Shown here: positions 28,611 to 44,570 of the stretch, piece after piece
How positions within the stretch are numbered: position 1 is the first letter of the stretch
Layout of the letters: every line of letters begins with the position of its first letter
Source: the human T2T-CHM13v2.0 reference genome, Homo sapiens
Assembly (NCBI RefSeq): GCF_009914755.1
Contig: NC_060925.1
Direction: 5' to 3' (one strand)
Length of the DNA: 64,000 nt
The notes under the pieces: model-generated
Databases searched by the model: none
What the model was told of the DNA's origin: nothing
Seen by the model: the letters and a program-made list of their open reading frames with translations, nothing else
Program-made: the position numbers and the translations under genes

Positions 28611-31435
28611 GATAGGAATAGCATTAAATCTACGAGTTGTTTTGAGCAGTATGGCCATTTTAATGATATTGACTCTTTCTATTCGTGAGCAGGGAATGTT
28701 TTTCTATTTGTTTGTGTCACCTCTGATTTCTTTGAGCAGTGTTTTGTAATTCTCCTTGTAGAGGTCTTTCACTTCTCTGGTTAGCTGTATTTTTAGGTAT
28801 TTTATTCTCTTTCTGGCTATTGTGAATGGGATTGCATTCTGGATTTAGTTCTCAGCTTGAATGTTGTTGGTGTATGGGAATGCCAGTGATTTTTGTACAT
28901 TGACTTTGTATCCTGAGACTTTGCTGAAGTGGTTTATCAGAACAAAGGTCTTTTGGGCAGACACTATGGAGTTTTCAAGTATAGAATCTCATCGTCTGCA
29001 ATCAGATACTTTGATTTCCTATTTGGCTGCCTTTTATTTCTCACTCTTTCCCGGTTGTTTTGGTTAGGACTTCCAGTACTATGTTGACTAGGAGTGCTGA
29101 GAGAGGGCATGCTTGTTTTGGTCTGATTTTCAATGAGAATGCCTCCAGCATTTGTCCATTCAGTATAATGTTGGGTGTGTGTGTGTGCGTGTGTGCATGT
29201 ATGTGTGTGTGTGTTTCAGATGGCTGTTATTATTTTGAAGTCCATTCCTTCAATGCCTAGTTAGTTGAGGTTTTTTTTTTTTTTTTATGAAAGGGTGTTG
29301 AATTTTATTTAAAGCCTTTCTACATCTATTGAGATGTGGCTTTTTCTTTGGTTCTGTTTATCTGGTGAATCACATTTATTGATTTGTGTATGTTGAACCA
29401 ACCTTGCATACCAGAGATAAAGCCTACTTAATCATGGTGGATTAGCTTTTTCATGTGCTGCTGGATTTTGTTTGCTAGTATTTTATTGTGCATTTTTGCA
29501 TTTATGTTCATCAAAGATATTGGCCTGAAGTTTTCTTTTCTTGTTGTGTCTGTGCCAGGTTTTGGTATCAGGATAATGCTGACCTCATAGAGTGGGTCAG
29601 AGAGAAGTTCCTCCTCCTCAATCTTTTGGAATAGTTTCAGTAGGAATAATATCAGTTCTTTATACATCAGATGGAATTCAGCTATAAATCTATCTTGTTC
29701 TGGGCTTTTTCTGGTTGGTAGGATTTTTGTTGCTGACTAAATTTTAGAAAACATTATTGGTCTGTTCAGGGATTCAATTTCTTCTTGGTTCAATCTTGGG
29801 ATGTTGTGTGCATCCAGGAATTTATCCATTTATTCTAGATTTTCTAGCTTGTGTGCATAGAAGTGTTCATAGAAGTCTCTGAGGGTTTTTTGGTATATAT
29901 GTGGTGTCAGTGGTAATGTCCTTTTTGTCATTTCTGATTGTCCTTATTTGCATCTTCTTTTTTTCTTTATTATTCTAGCTAGTGGTCTGTCTGCCTTATT
30001 CATTCTTTCACAGAAAAAAACTCATGGATTTGTTGATCTTTTTATAGTTTTTTAACATCTCAATTTCATTCAGTTCAGCTCTGATTCTGTTTTTTTGTTT
30101 GTTTGTTTTGTTTTCTGCTAGCTTTGGGATAGGTTTGCTCTTGTTTCTCCAGTTCCTCTAGTTGTGATGTTAGATTGTTAGTTTGAGATCTTTCTAACTT
30201 TTTGAAGTAGGTGTTTAGTGCTATAAACTTCACTCTTAACACTGCATTAGCTATGTCCCAGAGATTCTGCTATGTTGTATCTTTGTTCTCATTAGTTTCA
30301 AAGAATTTCTTGATTTCTGCCTTAATTTCATTATTTGTCCCCAAATCATTCAGAATCACATTGTTTAATTTCCACGCAATTGTATGGTTCTGAGCAATTT
30401 TCTTAGTATTAATTTCTGTTTTTATTGCGCTGTGGTCTGAGAATATGGATGGTATGATTTTGGTTTTTCTGAATTTGCTGAGAATTGTTTTATGGACGAT
30501 TGTGTGGTTGATTTTAGAGTATGTGCCACATGCAGATGAGAAGAATGTATATTCTATTGTTTTGGGGTGGAAAGTTCTGTAGGTGTCTATTAGGTCCATT
30601 TGGTCAGGTGTTGAGTTCAGGTCCTGAATATCTTCATTAGTTTTCTACCTTAATGATCTTTCTAATATTGTCAGTGGGGTGTTGAAGTCTCCCACTATTA
30701 CTATGTGGTTATCTAAGTCTCTTTGCTGGTCTCTAAGAACTTGCTTTATGAATTTGGGTGCTCCTGTGTTGGGTGTGTATATATTTACAATAGTTAGGTC
30801 TTCTTGTTGAATTGAACCCTTTACTATTATGTAATGCCCTTCTTTATTTTTTTTGATCTTTGTTGGTTTAAAATCTGTTTTGTCTGAAATTAGAATAGCA
30901 ACTCCTGCTTTTTTTCTGTTTTCAATTTGCTTGGTAGATTTTCCTCCATCCCTTTAATTTCAGTCTATGTGTGTCATTGCATGTAAGGTGGGTCTCTTGA
31001 AGACAGCATACAAAAGGAGGTAGGTGACCTGCCTCTATCTCTCTAGCTGCCTTTAACATTTTTGTTTTCATTTCTACCTTGGATAATCTGATGACTATGT
31101 GTCTTGGAGATGGTCTTCTTGTGTATAGTATTTTACAGGTGTTCTCGGCATTTCCTGAGTTTGAATGTTAACCTCTCTAGCAAAGCTAGGAAAATTTTCA
31201 TAGATGATATTCTAAAATATATTTTCCAAGTTGCTTGCTTTCTCTCCCTCTCTTTCAGGGATGCCAATGAGTCATAGATTTGGTCTCTTTACATAATCCC
31301 ATATTCTTGGAGGTTTTGTTCATTCTGCTTTATTGTTTTTTTCTTTTTGTTTTCTGGCTGAATTATTTCAGAGAACTGGTGTTTGAGCTCCGAGATTCTT
31401 TCCTCAGCTTGGTCTATTCAGCTGTTAATACTTTC

Positions 31436-33616
<2,181 letters not shown>

Positions 33617-33638
33617 TAATTCTTGAAGTTAGTTTTTC

Positions 33639-36600
33639 TTTCTTTTTCTTTTTTAATTTTTAACTTTTATTTTAAGTTCAGGGGTACACGTTCAGGGTAG
33701 GTAGGTGTTACATAGGTAAATGTGTGCCATAGTTGTTTGCTGCACAGATTATGCCATCACCCAGGTATTAAGCCCAACATCTATTAGCTATTTTTCCTGG
33801 TCCTCTCCTTCCTCCCACCCCCCAACCCCGGCAATCCTGCGACAGGCCACAGTGTGCATTATCTCCCTTCATGTGCATTATCCCCCTTCATGTGTTTTCA
33901 TCATTTAGCTCCCACTTATAAGTGAGAACATGTGGTATTTGTTTTTTTTTTTTGTTCTTGCATTAGTTTGCTAAGGATAATGGTCTCCAGCTCCATCCAT
34001 GTCCCTGCAAAGGACATTATCTCATTACTTTTTATGGCTGTACAGTATTCCATGGTGTATATGTAACATATTTTCCTTATCCAGTCTACCACTGATGGGC
34101 ATTTAGGTTGACTCCATGTCTTTAATATTGTGAATAGTGCTGCAATGAACATACACGTGCATGTGTCTTTATAATGGAATGATTTATATTCCTTTGTGTA
34201 TATGCCCAGTAATGGAATTGCTGGGTTGAATGGTATTTCTGCCTCTAGGTCACCACACTGGAATCACCACATTGTCTTCTACAGTGGATGAACTAAGTTA
34301 CACTCTCACCAACAGTGTAAAAGTGTTTATTTTTCTCCACAACCTCATCAGCATCTGTTGTTTTTTGGCTTTTTAATAATAGTCATTCTGACTGGTGTGA
34401 GATGCTACCTCATTGTGGTTTTGATTTGCATTTCTCTAATGATCAGTGACGTTGAGCTTTTTTTTTGTTCATATTTTGGCCTCACGCATTTCTTCTTTTG
34501 AAGAGTCTGTTCGTGTCCTTTGGCCACTTTTTAATGGGGTTGTTTGTTTGTTTTCTTGTAAATTTGTTTAAGTTCCTTATAGATGCTGGATATTAGAACT
34601 TTGTCAGAAGGATAGATTGTAAAAAATTTTTCCCATTCTGTAGGGTTCTGTTTACTCTGTTGACAGTTTCTTTTGCTATATAGAAGCTCTTAAGTTTAAT
34701 TAGATCTAACTTGTCCATATTTGCTTTTGTTGCAAATGCTTTGGGCTTCTTCCTCATGAAATCTTCGCCTGTGCCTATGTCCTGAATTGTATTGCCTAGG
34801 TTTTCTTCTAGGATTTTTATAGTTTTGGGATTTACATTTAAGTCTTTAATCCATCTTGATTTGATTTTTGTATATGGTATAAGGAAGGGATCTGGTTTCA
34901 ATTTTCTGCGTATGGCTAGCCAGTTCTCCCAGCATCATTTATTAAATAGGGAATCCTTTTCCAATTGCTTGTTTTTGTAAGGTTTGTCACAGATCGGATA
35001 ATTGTAGGTGTGTGGTCCTATTTCTAGGTTCTCTATTCTGTTCTATTGGTGTATGTTGCTATTCTTATACCAGTATCATGCTATTCTGATTACTGTATTG
35101 CTATAGTATAGTTTGAAGTCAGGTAGTGTGATGCCTCAAGCTTTATTCTTCTTGCTTAGGATTGCTTTGGCTATTTGGGCTCTTTTTTGGTTCCATATGA
35201 ACTTTAAAATGGTTTCTTCTAATACTGTGAAGAATGTCAATGGTAGTTTCATAGGAATAGCATTGAATCTGTAAATTGCTTCAGGCAGTATGGCCATTTT
35301 CATGACACTGATTCTTCCTATTCATGAGCATGGAATGTTTTTCCATTTGTTTGTATCATCTCTGATTTCTTTGAGCAGTGGTTTGCAGTTTTCCTTGAAG
35401 AGGTCCTTCACTTCCCTTGTTAGCTGTATTTGTAGGTATTTTTATTCTTTTTGTGGCAATTGTGAATGGGATTGCCTTTCTGATTTGGCTGTCGGCTTGC
35501 CTGTTGTTGGTATATAGGAATGTGTGATTTTCACACATTGATTTTTTATGCTGAGACTTTGTTGAAGTTTCTTATCAGCTTAAGAAGCTTTTGGGCTGAG
35601 ATGATGGGGTTTTCTAGATATATAATCATGTCATCTGCAAAGAAAGATAGTTTGACTTTCTCTTTTCCTATTTGAATATGCTTTATTTCTTTCTCTTGCC
35701 TTATTCCCCTGGCCAGAACTTCAAATAGTATATTGAATAGGAGTGGTGAGAGAGGGCAACCTTGTCTTGTGCCAGTTTTTAAGGGGAATGCTTCCAGCTC
35801 TTGCCCATTCAGTATGATATTGGTTGTGGGTTTGTCATATATGTATCTTACATTTTGAGGTAAGTCCCATCAATACCTAGTTTATTGAGAGTTTTTAACA
35901 TAAAGGGATGTTGAATGTTATCAAAAGCCTTTTATGCATCTATCAAGATAATCATGTAGTTTTTGTTTTTAGTTCTGTTTATGTGATGAATTACATTTAT
36001 TCATTCATGCATGTTGGACCAGTCTTGCATCCTGGGGATGAAGCCTACTTGGTCATGGTGGATAAGCTTTTGATGTGCTGCTTTATTTGGCTTGCCAGTA
36101 TTTTGTTGAAGGTTTTTGTATTGATGTTTATCAAGGATATTGGCCTGAAGTTTTTGTTGTTGTTGTATACCTGCCAGTTTTGGTATCAGAATGATGCTGG
36201 TCTCACAGAATAAATACATATGTATTTAGGGAAGATTCCCTCCTTTTTAATTTTTTGAAATAGTTTCAGTAGGAATGGTACCAGCTCTTCTTTGTACCTC
36301 TGATAGAATTCATCTGTGAATCTATCTGGTCCTGGGCTCTTTTTGGTTGATAGGCTATTTATTACTGACTCAATTTCAGAACTCATTATTGGTCTATTCA
36401 GGGATTCATTGTCTTCCTGGTTCAGTCTTGGGAGGGTGGATGTGTCCAGGAATTTATCCATTTCTTCTAGATTTCCTAGTTTATGTACATACAGGTGTTT
36501 ATAGTATTCTCTGATGATTGTTTGTATTTCTGTGGGGTCAGTGGTAATATTCCCCTTATTTCTGATTCTATTTATTCGACTCTTCTCTCTTTTCTTTTTT

Positions 36601-39600
36601 ATTGGTCTAGCTAGCAGTCTATCTATTTTATTAATTTTTTATTCAGAAAACAGCTCCTACATTCATTGATTTTTGAAGGGGTTTATGTGTCTCCATCTCT
36701 TTCAGTTCAGCTCTAATCTTGGTTATTTCTTGTCTTCTGTTAGCTTTGGAGTTTGTTTGCTCTTGGTTCTCTAGTTCTTTTTGTTGCAACGTTAGGTTGT
36801 TAACTTCAGATCTTTCTAGCTTTTTGATGTGGGCATTTAGTGGTATAAATTTCCCTCTTAACACTGCTTTAGCTGCATCCTGGAGATTCTGGCACATTGT
36901 ATCTTTGCTCTCATTAGTTTCAAAGAACTTCTTGATTTCTGCCTTAATTTCATTATTTACCTAAAAGTCATTCAGGAGCAGGTTGTTCAATTTTTATGTA
37001 ATTTTGTGATTTTGAGTGAATCTTGAGTTCTAATTTGATTGTGCTATGGCCCAAGAGACTGTCTGTTATGATTTCAATTCTTTTGCATTTTCTGAGGAGT
37101 GTTTTACTTTCAATTATGTGATCAGTTTTAGAGTAAGTGCCATGTGGTGATGAGAAGAATGTATATTCTGTTATTTTTGGGTGGAGAGTTCTGTGGATAT
37201 CAGGTCCACTTGATCCAGAGTACAGGTTCTAGATATCTTTGTTTTTCTGTCTTGATGATCTGTCTAATATTGTCAGAAGGGTGTTGAAGTCTCCTACTAT
37301 TATTGTGTGGGAGTCTACGTCTCTCTGAAGGTCTCTAAGAACTTGCCTTATGAATCTGGGTGCTCCTGTATTGGGTACATATGTATTTAGGATAGCTAGC
37401 TCTTCTTGTTGAATTGAACCTTTACCATTATATAATGCCCTTCTTTGTCTATTTTTTATCTTTGTTGTTTTAAAATCTGTTTTGTTAGAAACTAGGATTG
37501 CAACCCCTGCTTTTTTCTGTTTTCCACTTGCTTTGTAAAATTTCCTCCATCCCTTTATTTTAAACTTATGTGTATCTTGCATGTGAGGTGGATCTCTTGA
37601 AGACAGCATACTGATGGGTCTTGGTTCTTTATCCAGCTTGCCGTCCTCTGTATTTTAATTGGGGCATTTAGCCCATTTACATTTAAGGCTAGTATTGTTG
37701 TGTGTGGATTTGATCCTGTCATCATGATGCTAGCTAGTTCTTTTGCAGACTTGTTTATGTGGTTGCTTCAGAGTGTCACTGGTCTGTGTACTTCAGTGTG
37801 CTTTTGTAGTGGCTGGTAACAGTTTTTCCTTTCCATATTAGAGCTTCCTTCAGGGGCTCTTGTAAGGCAGGTACGGTGGTAACTAATTCCCTCAGCATTT
37901 GCCTGTCTGAAAAGGATCTTATTTCTCTGTTGCTTATAAAGTTTAATTTGGCCAGATATGAAATTCTGGGTTGGAAATTCTTTTCTTTAAGAAGTTGAAT
38001 ATTGGTCCCTAATCTCTTCTAGCTTGTAGGGTTTCTGCTGAGATAGCCACTGTTAGCTGGTGGGCTTCCCTTTGTAGGTGACCTGGCTTTTCTCTCTGGC
38101 TGCCCTTAATTTTTTTTTTTTTTGACCTTGGAGAATCTGATGATTATGTCTTGGGGATGATCTTCTCATGGAGTATCTTACTGGGGTTCTCTGCTTTTCC
38201 TGAATTTGAATGTTGGCCTGTTGAATGTTGGAGAAGTTCTCCTGGTTGATGTCCTGAAATATGTTTTCCATTTTGGTTTCATTCTTTCCATCTGTTTCAA
38301 GTACCCTAATCATTTTTAGATTCAGTCTCTTTACATAATCCCATATTTCTCAGAGGTTTTGTTCATTTCTTTTTATTCTTTTTTCCTCTATTCTTGTCTG
38401 CCTGTCTTATTTCAAAAAGACAGTCTTCAAGCTCTGAGGTTTTCTCCTTTTGGTCTATTCTGCTATTAATACTTGTGATTCCACTGTGAAGTTCTTGTAG
38501 TGTGTTTTTCAGCTCTATCAGGTTGGTTATGTTCCTCTCTATACTGGCTATTCTGGCGGTCATCTCTTGCATTGTTTTATCATGATTCTTAGCTTCTTTG
38601 CATTGGGTTACAATGTGCTCTTCTAGCTCAGCTAAGTTTGCTTTATCCACATTCTGAATCCTACATCTGTCATTTCAGCCATCTTAGCCTCAGCCCAGTT
38701 ATGAAGCCTTGCAGGAGAGGTGTTGCAGTCATTTGGAGGAAAGGGGGCACTCTGTATTTTTGAGTTTTCAGCATTTTTTGTGCTTATTCTTTCTCATCTT
38801 TGTGAGCTTATCTACCTCGGATATTTGAGGTTGCTGACCTGTGGATGGGGTTTTTTATTTGTTGTTGTTTGTTTATTTTTATTTTAACAGTCTGGCCACT
38901 CTTCTGTAGGGTTGCTGCAGTTTGCTAGGAGTCCACTCCATACTCTAGTCACCTCGGTTTTTCTAATACCTGGAAGTATCACCAGTGAAGGCTGTGAAAC
39001 AGCAAAGATGGAAGCCTGTCTCTTGCTCTGGAAGCTCTGTCCCATGGGGGTACTGACTTGTTGCCAGCCCAAACACACTTGTAGGAGGTAGCTGGAGACC
39101 CCTACCAGTTGGGAGGTCTCACTCAGGCAGGAGAAATGGGATCAGGAAGCTGCTAAAAGGAGCAGTCTTGCTATGTTTTGGTACAGCAGCTGCACTGTGT
39201 TGTGTATCCCTTTGGTCCCCAATCAGTTTGGGCTCTCCAAGGCCCACAGGCTGAGCCAGCTGAGATGCCCCAAACAGTAAAGGTGGTGGCCTCCCCCCAG
39301 GCACTCCATCCCAAGGAGAAATTAGAATGCTGTTAGCTGTGGAATATGGGTGAGGGTGGCTGGAGGCTCTTCAAAGAGATGTAGACTCCCACACAATAAT
39401 AGTGGGAGACTTCAACACCCTTCTGACAATATTAGACAGATCATTGAGACAGAAAATTAACAAAGTTATCTAGGACCTGAATTCAGCTCTGGATCAAGTG
39501 GACCTGATAGATATCTACAGAACTCTTCACCCAAAACCAATAGAATATACATTCTTCTCATCACCACATGGAACTTAATCTAAAACTGATGACATAATTG

Positions 39601-40735
39601 GAAGTAAAACACTCCTCAGCAAATGCAAAAGAACTGAAATAATAACAAACAGTGTCTCAGATCATAGCATCATCAAATTAGAATGCAAGATCCAGGTCCC
39701 ATTTAAAGAATCAGTCAGGCCACATCTCGACAAAACAGCCATGCCTTGCTGCGGAACCAGCTCTGCCCTTGTTGGCTTGGACTCTCCAAAGCCCGTAGGC
39801 TGGAATTGCTGAGTTGTCCCAATAACCAAGGTGGTGGCCCAGCCCTCCCACCACACACTCTCCCCTAGGGAGAGATCAGAGCTCTGTCTATAGAATATGG
39901 GAGAGTGGGGGTGCTTGAGGCTGCCCCGGCTGGGAGGTCCCACCCAGTGAGGAGGAATGGATGGGGTCTCGTTTAAAGAAGCAATCTGGACACATTCTGG
40001 CAAAGCAGCTGTGCTGAGCTTGGGGGACCCTTCCTCATCTGGACTGCTTGGACTCTCCAAAGCCTGCAGGCTGGAATGGCTGAGTCAACCAAACAACAAA
40101 AATCACAGCCCACTTCTCCCCCCGGGGGCTCCATCCTGTCTCAGGCAGGCTCCATCCACCCTGTTGCCGGTGGCTGCCTGGAATTCCAAGCTAGTAAGTC
40201 TCATCTTGTGAGGTGCAGTGGAAGTGGGGCCTGCAAACGGATGCTGCTTGGCCCCCTGGATTCAGCCCCCTTTTTAGAGGTATGTACATACAGACCTCCC
40301 ACCTTGCTGGGGATATCGGGGCCAGGGTATGTAAAGCTCCTGGGTCTCTGCATGCCTGAGCAGCTGCTCTGCTGAGATTCCACACAGCTCTGTCTCAGGC
40401 TCAAGGCCCTGGTGGTGTGGGCTCATGAGGGGATCTCTTGATCTGAGGGTTGCAAAGATCTGTGGGAGAAGCATGGTTTCCTGGGTTCACACATTAACTC
40501 ACCAATTCCCCTGGCTGTGGGTGGGGGTTCCCTTGGCTCCACGTTACTCCCGAGTGGGCTGTTGCCCTGCCCTGCTTTTCTCCATTTTCTGTGGGTCCAG
40601 TTGTTTTCCTGATCAGTCCCACTGTGAGTACCTGGATATTTCAGTTGAAGGTTCTGTATTCACTCATCCCTTTTGCTCCTCTCTGTGAGTACCACACCAC
40701 AGCTGTTTCTATGTGGCCGTCTTGGCCCTTAGCAT
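33639..40735 (-). mobile_element. Full-length L1PA13-like element (PA11-PA13)
   Basis: TSD ttgaagttagtttttc 33623-33638 / ttgaagtgagtttttc 40736-40751; fragmented ORF2, ORF1 pieces 38053-38650, long repetitive 5'UTR. Confidence 0.82.
39369..39691 (+). mobile_element. Inverted L1 endonuclease-domain fragment inside the 5'UTR of the L1PA13-like element
   Basis: Plus-strand ORF2 sequence (...IIVGDFNT...) with no poly(A) or TSD; reverse complement of 37020-37330. Confidence 0.85.
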
Positions 40736-43700
40736 TTGAAGTGAGTTTTTCAGTTCTATTAGTTCAGTTTGGTTCTTTCTTAAAACAGACATTTCATCTT
40801 TCATCTCCTGTTTTATTTTATTGTATATCTTACAATCCTTGGGTTGGATTTCAACTTTCTCTTGAATGTTGATCTTCCTTCTGATGCATATTGTGAATTC
40901 TGTTTTTTCACTTCAGCAAGCTTGAGAATCATTGCTGGAGAATTAGTGTAATTGTTTGGAGGTCAGAAGACACTCTGGCTTTTTGAGTTTCCAGAGTCCT
41001 TGCACTGGTTATTTCCTGTCTGTGTGGGCTGATGGTCCTTCAATCATTGAAGTCCCAGTCCTTTTGATTTTTTTTTGTTTTTATCTAATTTGATGCCCTT
41101 TGGGGTTTGATTATGGTATAGGTGGGTTTGATTGACCGGCTTCAATTCTAGTCCACTTCTGCATTTTGGAGGAGCCTCCTCTGATTACTATCTCCATGTC
41201 CACGCTTTTGTTGGGTGTTCTGGTCCATGGGGCTCCCTCTGTATCCTTGCTGAATTGGTCCTAATATGCTGTCTGTGTGCTTCCTCAGGAAACATGGGGT
41301 TGAACCTGCCTGCAGAGTTCAGGCACAAGCAGGACTGCTAGGCTGAAAGCTCTAGCAGGTGTAGCCTATCTGGCTATGAGAGGCAGAGTTGGGCAGGGTT
41401 GCCCACCCTGCTGTCCAGGTGTTTCCAAGTTTCCAGGGACAACAGGAAGATGCACTCTGCAGGTGAGTTCACACAGAAGCAATACCACTGTGCCTGCAGC
41501 TCTAGCAGGTACTGCCTGCCTGGGCTACCTGTGGTATGGGTGGGTGGAGTGGCCAGACTGCTGGGTGAGAAGCTGCCAGCCCCATCTTGCAAGGGGAGGG
41601 GGGTGGTGGAACAATCTTACTGCTCCCAGGCACCACAACTGCAGCCTCTATTGGGGCTATGGCACTGGTACTGGTCTGCTCCAGGGCCCAAGGCTTTTAA
41701 TGATCCCGTTGGACTTCAGAGTTGCCCCCGCAAAACATCTGGGTAACTCTCTGCCTCAGTCTTAAAGCACAATGTGGGGAGGTGCAGAGTGGCCAGGGGG
41801 ATTCTCCTATTCCTAGTCTTACACAAATCCCTGTGTAGGGTGTGAATCCCCCTGGGGGCTGTCACTTACTAACCCTTTCCCATGTTGGAGAGGTTCTCCT
41901 GGCTCCATGCTGAGCCCAGACAGGCTGGTGCCCAGCTTCACCCCTCACTGTCCTCTATGTGCCCCTGCTGCCTTGACAGGTCCTGACATGATTTCTCAGA
42001 TGATCGGCCTGCAGGGACAGTGTTCCCTAGCCCTTATGCTTTCTCCCTACGAAAGCAGCACACATGAGCTGTTTCTAGTCCACAATTTGGGCCCAACCCC
42101 CTCAAGTTATTGAAATTGCTTTTGTAGGGGAGAATTTTTTCTTGAGGATGTATGTTGTTGATTAGGATACTTTGGCTTTGATTTTGGGTGCCTGTTGTAG
42201 TGTGATCTTTGTGTATGACATCTCTGGAAGTATGCAGGGTTAGTGGTCTCTGTCATTTCCTTGGTGTCTTAAGGTACAATTATTAGTTGAGTTTTTGTGA
42301 AGTTTAGCTGGGGACTTGAATGCCAATTGAGCCAGTCTTTGTTTGGGCCCCCGTGGTGGCAGCAGTAAGGTGAGCGTGCCTGTTTTTAGGCCCCAGAGCA
42401 GCTTACACTGCTTCTAGTGTTAATGAGTCTTGGAGGGCTGATTCTTGGGCCTTCAGGTGTTTTGCTTAGAAGCTAGTGGTGGGAGAGGTGGGCCAGGTGT
42501 GTGAGTTTGCTCTCAGGCCCCTGAGCAGCTGATGTTGTGTGGGTGATGGCAGTAGCAGTGGTGGAGCAACCCACTGGGACCCAAGTGGTTTTTGTTGGTG
42601 TTCCTGGAAGCTGGGATGAGTTCAGTGGGTTAGTCTACAGTCCCATAGACACCTCTAGCAGGGGAGTCTGTATTGTCCTAAGTGTGCTTAGGAGAGCTTG
42701 GTCTCCCCTGTCTCTTCCCCAGCTGGGTGGCTACTGTAGCCACATCACCTCAAACTCAGCCTAAGTGCTGGGCACAGCACCTTGTCAAACTCTCAAAATG
42801 GTGCCAGCAATGGGCTTGTGACCAGAGAGGGAGAGACCTTGCTCAGGTGAGCAGCATGGGCAAGAAGCTGTGTGGTCTACTTGAGTTTCAGTTTCACAGC
42901 AGTTCATAGCAAGATGTTGAGTATTGTCCTAGGTACGCATAGGAGAGCCTGGCTTTCCCATCCCTCCTTGATGGGGTGGCAGGTGCAGCCACATTAACTG
43001 AAATTTGGCCCAAGAATGGGGTGCAGCCCAGTGTTAAACTCTCAAAATGGCACCTTGGGCCTACCATCAGGGAAGGCGGGACCCCTCCCAGGCAGACAGC
43101 ACAGGCAAGGTGCTGAGCAGAGTGTGACCCACTCACAGCCCAGTCTCACAGCAGCCCATTGCAGGGCAGTGGGTATTGTTCTAGATATATGTAGGATAGC
43201 CTGGTATCCCTGTCTCTCCTTGGCTGGGCATCAGTTGCAGCCACATCATCCTGACTCAGGCCAAAGGGAAAGGTGCAGCTTAGCATTAAAGTCTCAAAAT
43301 GGTGCCTTGAGCCTGGTACCCTGAGAGGACAGGGTCCCTCCCAGGCAAGCAGCAGCATGGGCAAGAAGCTGTGAGGTTGTGCAGTCTTCTCACATCTCAG
43401 TCTCAATAGCAGACCACAGCAGGGTGGCAGAGACCCTCTCAAAGGTGTGTGGGAGCAGCTGGACTCCCCTGCCCTTTTCGCCTTAAAGCAGTGCAGTGGC
43501 AGCAGCCATGCCTGCAGATCCCTCATGTCTAGGCTCTCAGAATGGCTCCCAACTGAAGTGGCTCGAGGATCAAATGCCTGTGGAATTCTGTGTGGGGTTC
43601 CCTTTCTGGAGAAGTATCTCTGCAATCTTTAGGTGGCTCTTTGTGTCAGGCCTGAGGTCCTAGTAGGTTGAGGGTTTCTTCCATAGCCAAAATCATAAAA

Positions 43701-43963
43701 ACCCATTTAGCAGCCCTGGGGGTTTCTCTCTGTTTCCCCACATTCAGGAGCCTCTTCTGGCTATCAGTCAGTTCCCAGATGGGCAAGGTGCCTCAAACCC
43801 TCTCTTTACTTACTTTTAGTGCTTCCTGTCTCTCCTCTGGAAAATCTGAACATTCTCTCCTGGATGCCTTGTTTGAACTGTGAGTATCTACTTACTATTT
43901 TGGCTCCTCTCCATGGTGGAGGCATGTACTACTGTGTCTAGTCAGTCATCTCGACTCTACTCC

Positions 43964-44570
43964 TCACTTTCATTTTTGAAAGGTAAGTTTGCTGGATGTA
44001 GAATTCTTGTTTGACAGTTCTTTTTTCTTTTAGTACTTTGAATATATCTCCTCACTGCCTTCTGGCCTCCATTGTTTCTGATGATATGTCTGTTGTTAAT
44101 TTTCCTGGGATTCCCTTTTATGTGATGAGTCATTTTTCTCATGCAGCTTTCAAGATTTATTTTCTTTCAATAGTTTAACTATGATGTGTCTGAGTGTGGG
44201 TCTCCTTGTGTAATTCTACTTGAAGTTCATTGAACTTAGATGTGTAGATTAATGTTTTACATTAAATTTGGGGAATTTTCAGCTATTACATTTTTGAATA
44301 TTTTTTCCGTTCCTTTCTTTCCTCTTCTTTTGGTACTTACAGTACAGGTATGCTGGTGTTCTCATTGATGTCCCACCTTTCTCTGAAGTTCTGTTCCTTT
44401 TTTTAAAGTACTTCGCCCCCAACCTTCTATTCTGTAATATTCTTAATCTCTATTGGCTTATCTTCAGGTTTACTGATTTTTTTAGTCAGCTGAAATCTAC
44501 TTTTGAGAACCATTAGTGAATTTTAAATTTTAGTTATTATACTTTATAACTCTAATTTCCATTTTTTAAA
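43964..44570 (-). mobile_element. Old L1M host ORF1 region (continues 20885-21865)
   Basis: ORF 43957-44142 includes CQTRILHPANLPFKNE, an ORF1 C-terminal motif. Confidence 0.7.

Noticed and set aside
31010-31030. ~0.5-kb internal deletion joining ORF2 start to ORF1 in the L1PA15/16
   Set aside because: Ordinary post-insertion decay
33853-33893. 19-bp tandem duplication (also a 12-bp one at ~27250 and (TG)n at ~29175 and ~60140)
   Set aside because: Common slippage events in old repeats
39662-43883. Many 60-160-aa ORFs in GC-richer sequence
   Set aside because: They lie in old L1 5'UTRs where stop codons are sparse
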